From Candidatus Saccharimonadota bacterium (lineage in GTDB: Bacteria; Patescibacteriota; Gracilibacteria; UBA4473), in the NCBI GenBank assembly GCA_030429505.1, contig JAUIFI010000001.1, forward strand, positions 210,001 through 242,000: a stretch of 32,000 nucleotides of DNA, in the 5' to 3' direction. Shown in pieces: positions 30,948-32,000 of the stretch (position 1 is the first letter of the stretch; every line of letters begins with the position of its first letter). A program made the translations under genes and the position numbers. The notes below the pieces were generated by a model that did no database searches, had not been told where the DNA came from, and saw nothing but the letters and a program-made list of their open reading frames with translations.

Positions 30948-31280
30948 TCAGAAAAAATGGACATTGATTTGTCCCGGAACACAGGTCTGAACGCTACTTG
31001 CCGTTTCTTCTTGTCCGCATCTATACCAAGTAGCAGTGACGTTACTCTTGTCTGTTGTATCCATTTCGATCCAAGCATTGTTCCCACCAACAGCACGAAT
31101 TCTTTCCGGAAGCTTTAATTTTCCATCATCGCCCTATCGTGCCCAAAAAGATCCTCCAGAATAAACAACACGGATTCTCTTGTTAGAGAGAGGTTCTACA
31201 TAATCACTACTGCCAAAAAATGCGTAATAACCGAGTAAAGCGATAAATACTAATACAAAAAGACCCTTTGCTTTTTCCAT
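30948..31280 (-). pseudogene. Small secreted/membrane-anchored protein gene interrupted by a single in-frame TAG (48 codons + TAG + 61 codons + TGA)
   Basis: From the ATG at 31280: MEKAKGLFVLVFIALLGYYAFFGSSDYVEPLSNKRIRVVYSGGSFWAR-TAG(31134-31136)-GDDGKLKLPERIRAVGGNNAWIEMDTTDKSNVTATWYRCGQEETASSVQTCVPGQINVHFF-TGA. I verified the frame codon by codon. The terminator sits after the second stop, not the first. The listed ORF 30878..31096 is in a different frame. Confidence 0.55.
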
Positions 31281-31491
31281 GGTAATTTACCGTATACGTG
31301 AAACAAAAAATTTTTTGGAATCCATTCAAATCTCCTTTAAAAGAAAGCTCGAAAAGACTCCAAAAAAACTACTTCTAAATAAAAATGAAAAAGAACAGTA
31401 TCAAACTGATATGATTATTTATTAGTATGAAAAATTATTTTTGTCAATTCTTCCGGATACTTCACAAAACACAAAAGACTCATTAAATAAA

Positions 31492-31511
31492 TCTTCTTAA
31501 TTACAAGAAGA
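31492..31511 (-). terminator. Weak AT-rich hairpin downstream of the binding-protein gene
   Basis: TCTTCTT-aattac-AAGAAGA is flanked by A/T tracts. On the minus strand it is followed by TTTATTT. Confidence 0.3.
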
Positions 31512-31577
31512 AAACCTAAAAAGTTATATACAAAAAAATCGGTAAAAAACTTATAGTTTTTCAGAGTAAAACATTGC

Positions 31578-32000
31578 TTATTCACTCACTCCAAACCATT
31601 TTTCTTGAATTTGTTGATATGTACCATCTTCTTTTAGCTTCAATAAAGCAGTATTTGTCATTTTTCTCAAAGAACTTCCCGAAGGAAAAGCAATTCCATA
31701 CTGTTCTTTTTGAAAAATCTTTCCGACAGTCTTCACTTTTCCTAATCCATCAGTGGCCGCATAGTATTGTAAAACCGGAGCATCATAAACGATAGCTTCA
31801 ATTTTACCCTCCTCCAATGCTTGATAAGCCTCAGAAATGGTTTTAAACCCTACAGGGGAAATATTTTTAGACTGCAAAAATCTGTCCGAAGTGGTATTTT
31901 CAACCGTTCCTACAGATTTTCCAATAAGATCAGAAAAGCCATTAATAGAACTTTGAAGACTTTCTACGGTGAGCGTGCTTGTAATAGAGCTTGTAAAATA
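31578..32000 (-). CDS. ABC-transporter periplasmic amino-acid-binding protein (family 3 SBP), 5'-truncated by the window end
   Basis: The frame stays open beyond the listed TTG start to position 32000 (...FSDLIGKSVGTVENTTSDRFLQSKNISPVGFKTISEAYQALEEGKIEAIVYDAPVLQYYA...KEQYGIAFP...LKEDGTYQQIQEKWFG). This is the typical polar amino-acid SBP pattern (DL.GK.VGV..GTT; G..DA.V.D.PVL.YY; YGIA). Confidence 0.8.
   Translation of the reverse strand, partial: YFTSSITSTLTVESLQSSINGFSDLIGKSVGTVENTTSDRFLQSKNISPVGFKTISEAYQALEEGKIEAIVYDAPVLQYYAATDGLGKVKTVGKIFQKEQYGIAFPSGSSLRKMTNTALLKLKEDGTYQQIQEKWFGVSE

Noticed and set aside
30878-31096. Listed 72-aa ORF on the minus strand
   Set aside because: It is out of frame with the ATG/signal-peptide frame that spans 30948..31280, and it reads through the terminator hairpin at 30901-30930. 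It is a frame-shifted shadow of the interrupted gene.
31574-31795. Plus-strand 73-aa ORF antisense to the amino-acid-binding protein gene; likewise 5183..5470+, 5932..6189+, 6683..6940-, 12814..13234+, 13747..13974+, 13995..14189-, 14754..15186, 16361..17161, 17947..18192+, 18813..19058-, 19923..20647-, 20789..21525-, 22124..22522-, 22944..23181, 25283..25622, 26163..26417-, 26881..27066-, 27283..27489-, 29225..29569-, 30242..30424+
   Set aside because: All are nested in, or antisense to, genes with clear family motifs. None shows independent signals.
1-32000. Alternative genetic code (UGA or UAG reassignment, as in some candidate phyla)
   Set aside because: Long, motif-complete genes end at TGA (for example 455-457, glyQS at 16194-16196 and the MurF-like gene at 12712-12714) and at TAG (argS, tilS, the DsbA-like gene, the ATP-grasp fusion). 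No recognisable gene is fragmented. The single in-frame TAG at 31134 is better explained locally.
1-32000. CRISPR arrays, tRNA/rRNA genes, transposases, integrases, prophage or defence-island content
   Set aside because: There are no regularly spaced direct repeats. No intergenic segment long enough showed a cloverleaf-like GC-rich structure. None of the ORFs has DDE, tyrosine- or serine-recombinase, or nuclease/ATPase defence motifs that I could recognise. A tRNAscan/Infernal run would be the decisive check.

Overview
AT-rich window (roughly 35-40% GC by eye), densely coded with the standard genetic code: TGA, TAA and TAG all end long, recognisable genes. Most starts lack a Shine-Dalgarno sequence, and several promoters have an extended -10 (TGnTAnAAT). 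Together with the small gene sizes, this suggests a streamlined, possibly CPR/Patescibacteria-like (Peregrinibacteria-like?) bacterium; that placement is only an inference. I saw no rRNA, tRNA, CRISPR array, transposase or integrase. Housekeeping genes: glyQS, trpS, argS, rpsU (S21), rpmG (L33), prmC, tilS, dut, a 2Fe-2S ferredoxin, an AI-2E family permease and a partial amino-acid-binding protein. Envelope genes: two paralogous SLH-domain proteins, a sortase, a DsbA-like oxidoreductase, and a translationally coupled MurF-like / DegT-like / FemAB-like operon. At the left end sits a trio of secreted proteins with Arg/His/Tyr-rich N-terminal regions. The best candidate for an undescribed system is at 23400-27262 (minus strand). 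One 766-aa polypeptide fuses a RimK-related ATP-grasp amino-acid ligase, a degenerate retropepsin-like module and a MATCAP/DUF1704-type HExxxH carboxypeptidase. It lies directly downstream of a PKD-ectodomain 7TM membrane protein. This looks like a fused, membrane-coupled system that adds and removes C-terminal amino acids. Other oddities: an AroK-like/PurN-like fusion with the catalytic His replaced by Tyr; a MurF-like ligase with a polytopic membrane N-terminus; a hairpin repeat family with compensatory substitutions, one copy read through as a GlyRS C-terminal tail; a small secreted-protein gene with an in-frame TAG; inverted repeats bracketing a two-gene membrane-protein cassette; and an unlisted 42-codon ORF. 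All functional calls come from motif recognition by eye, since no searches were run.
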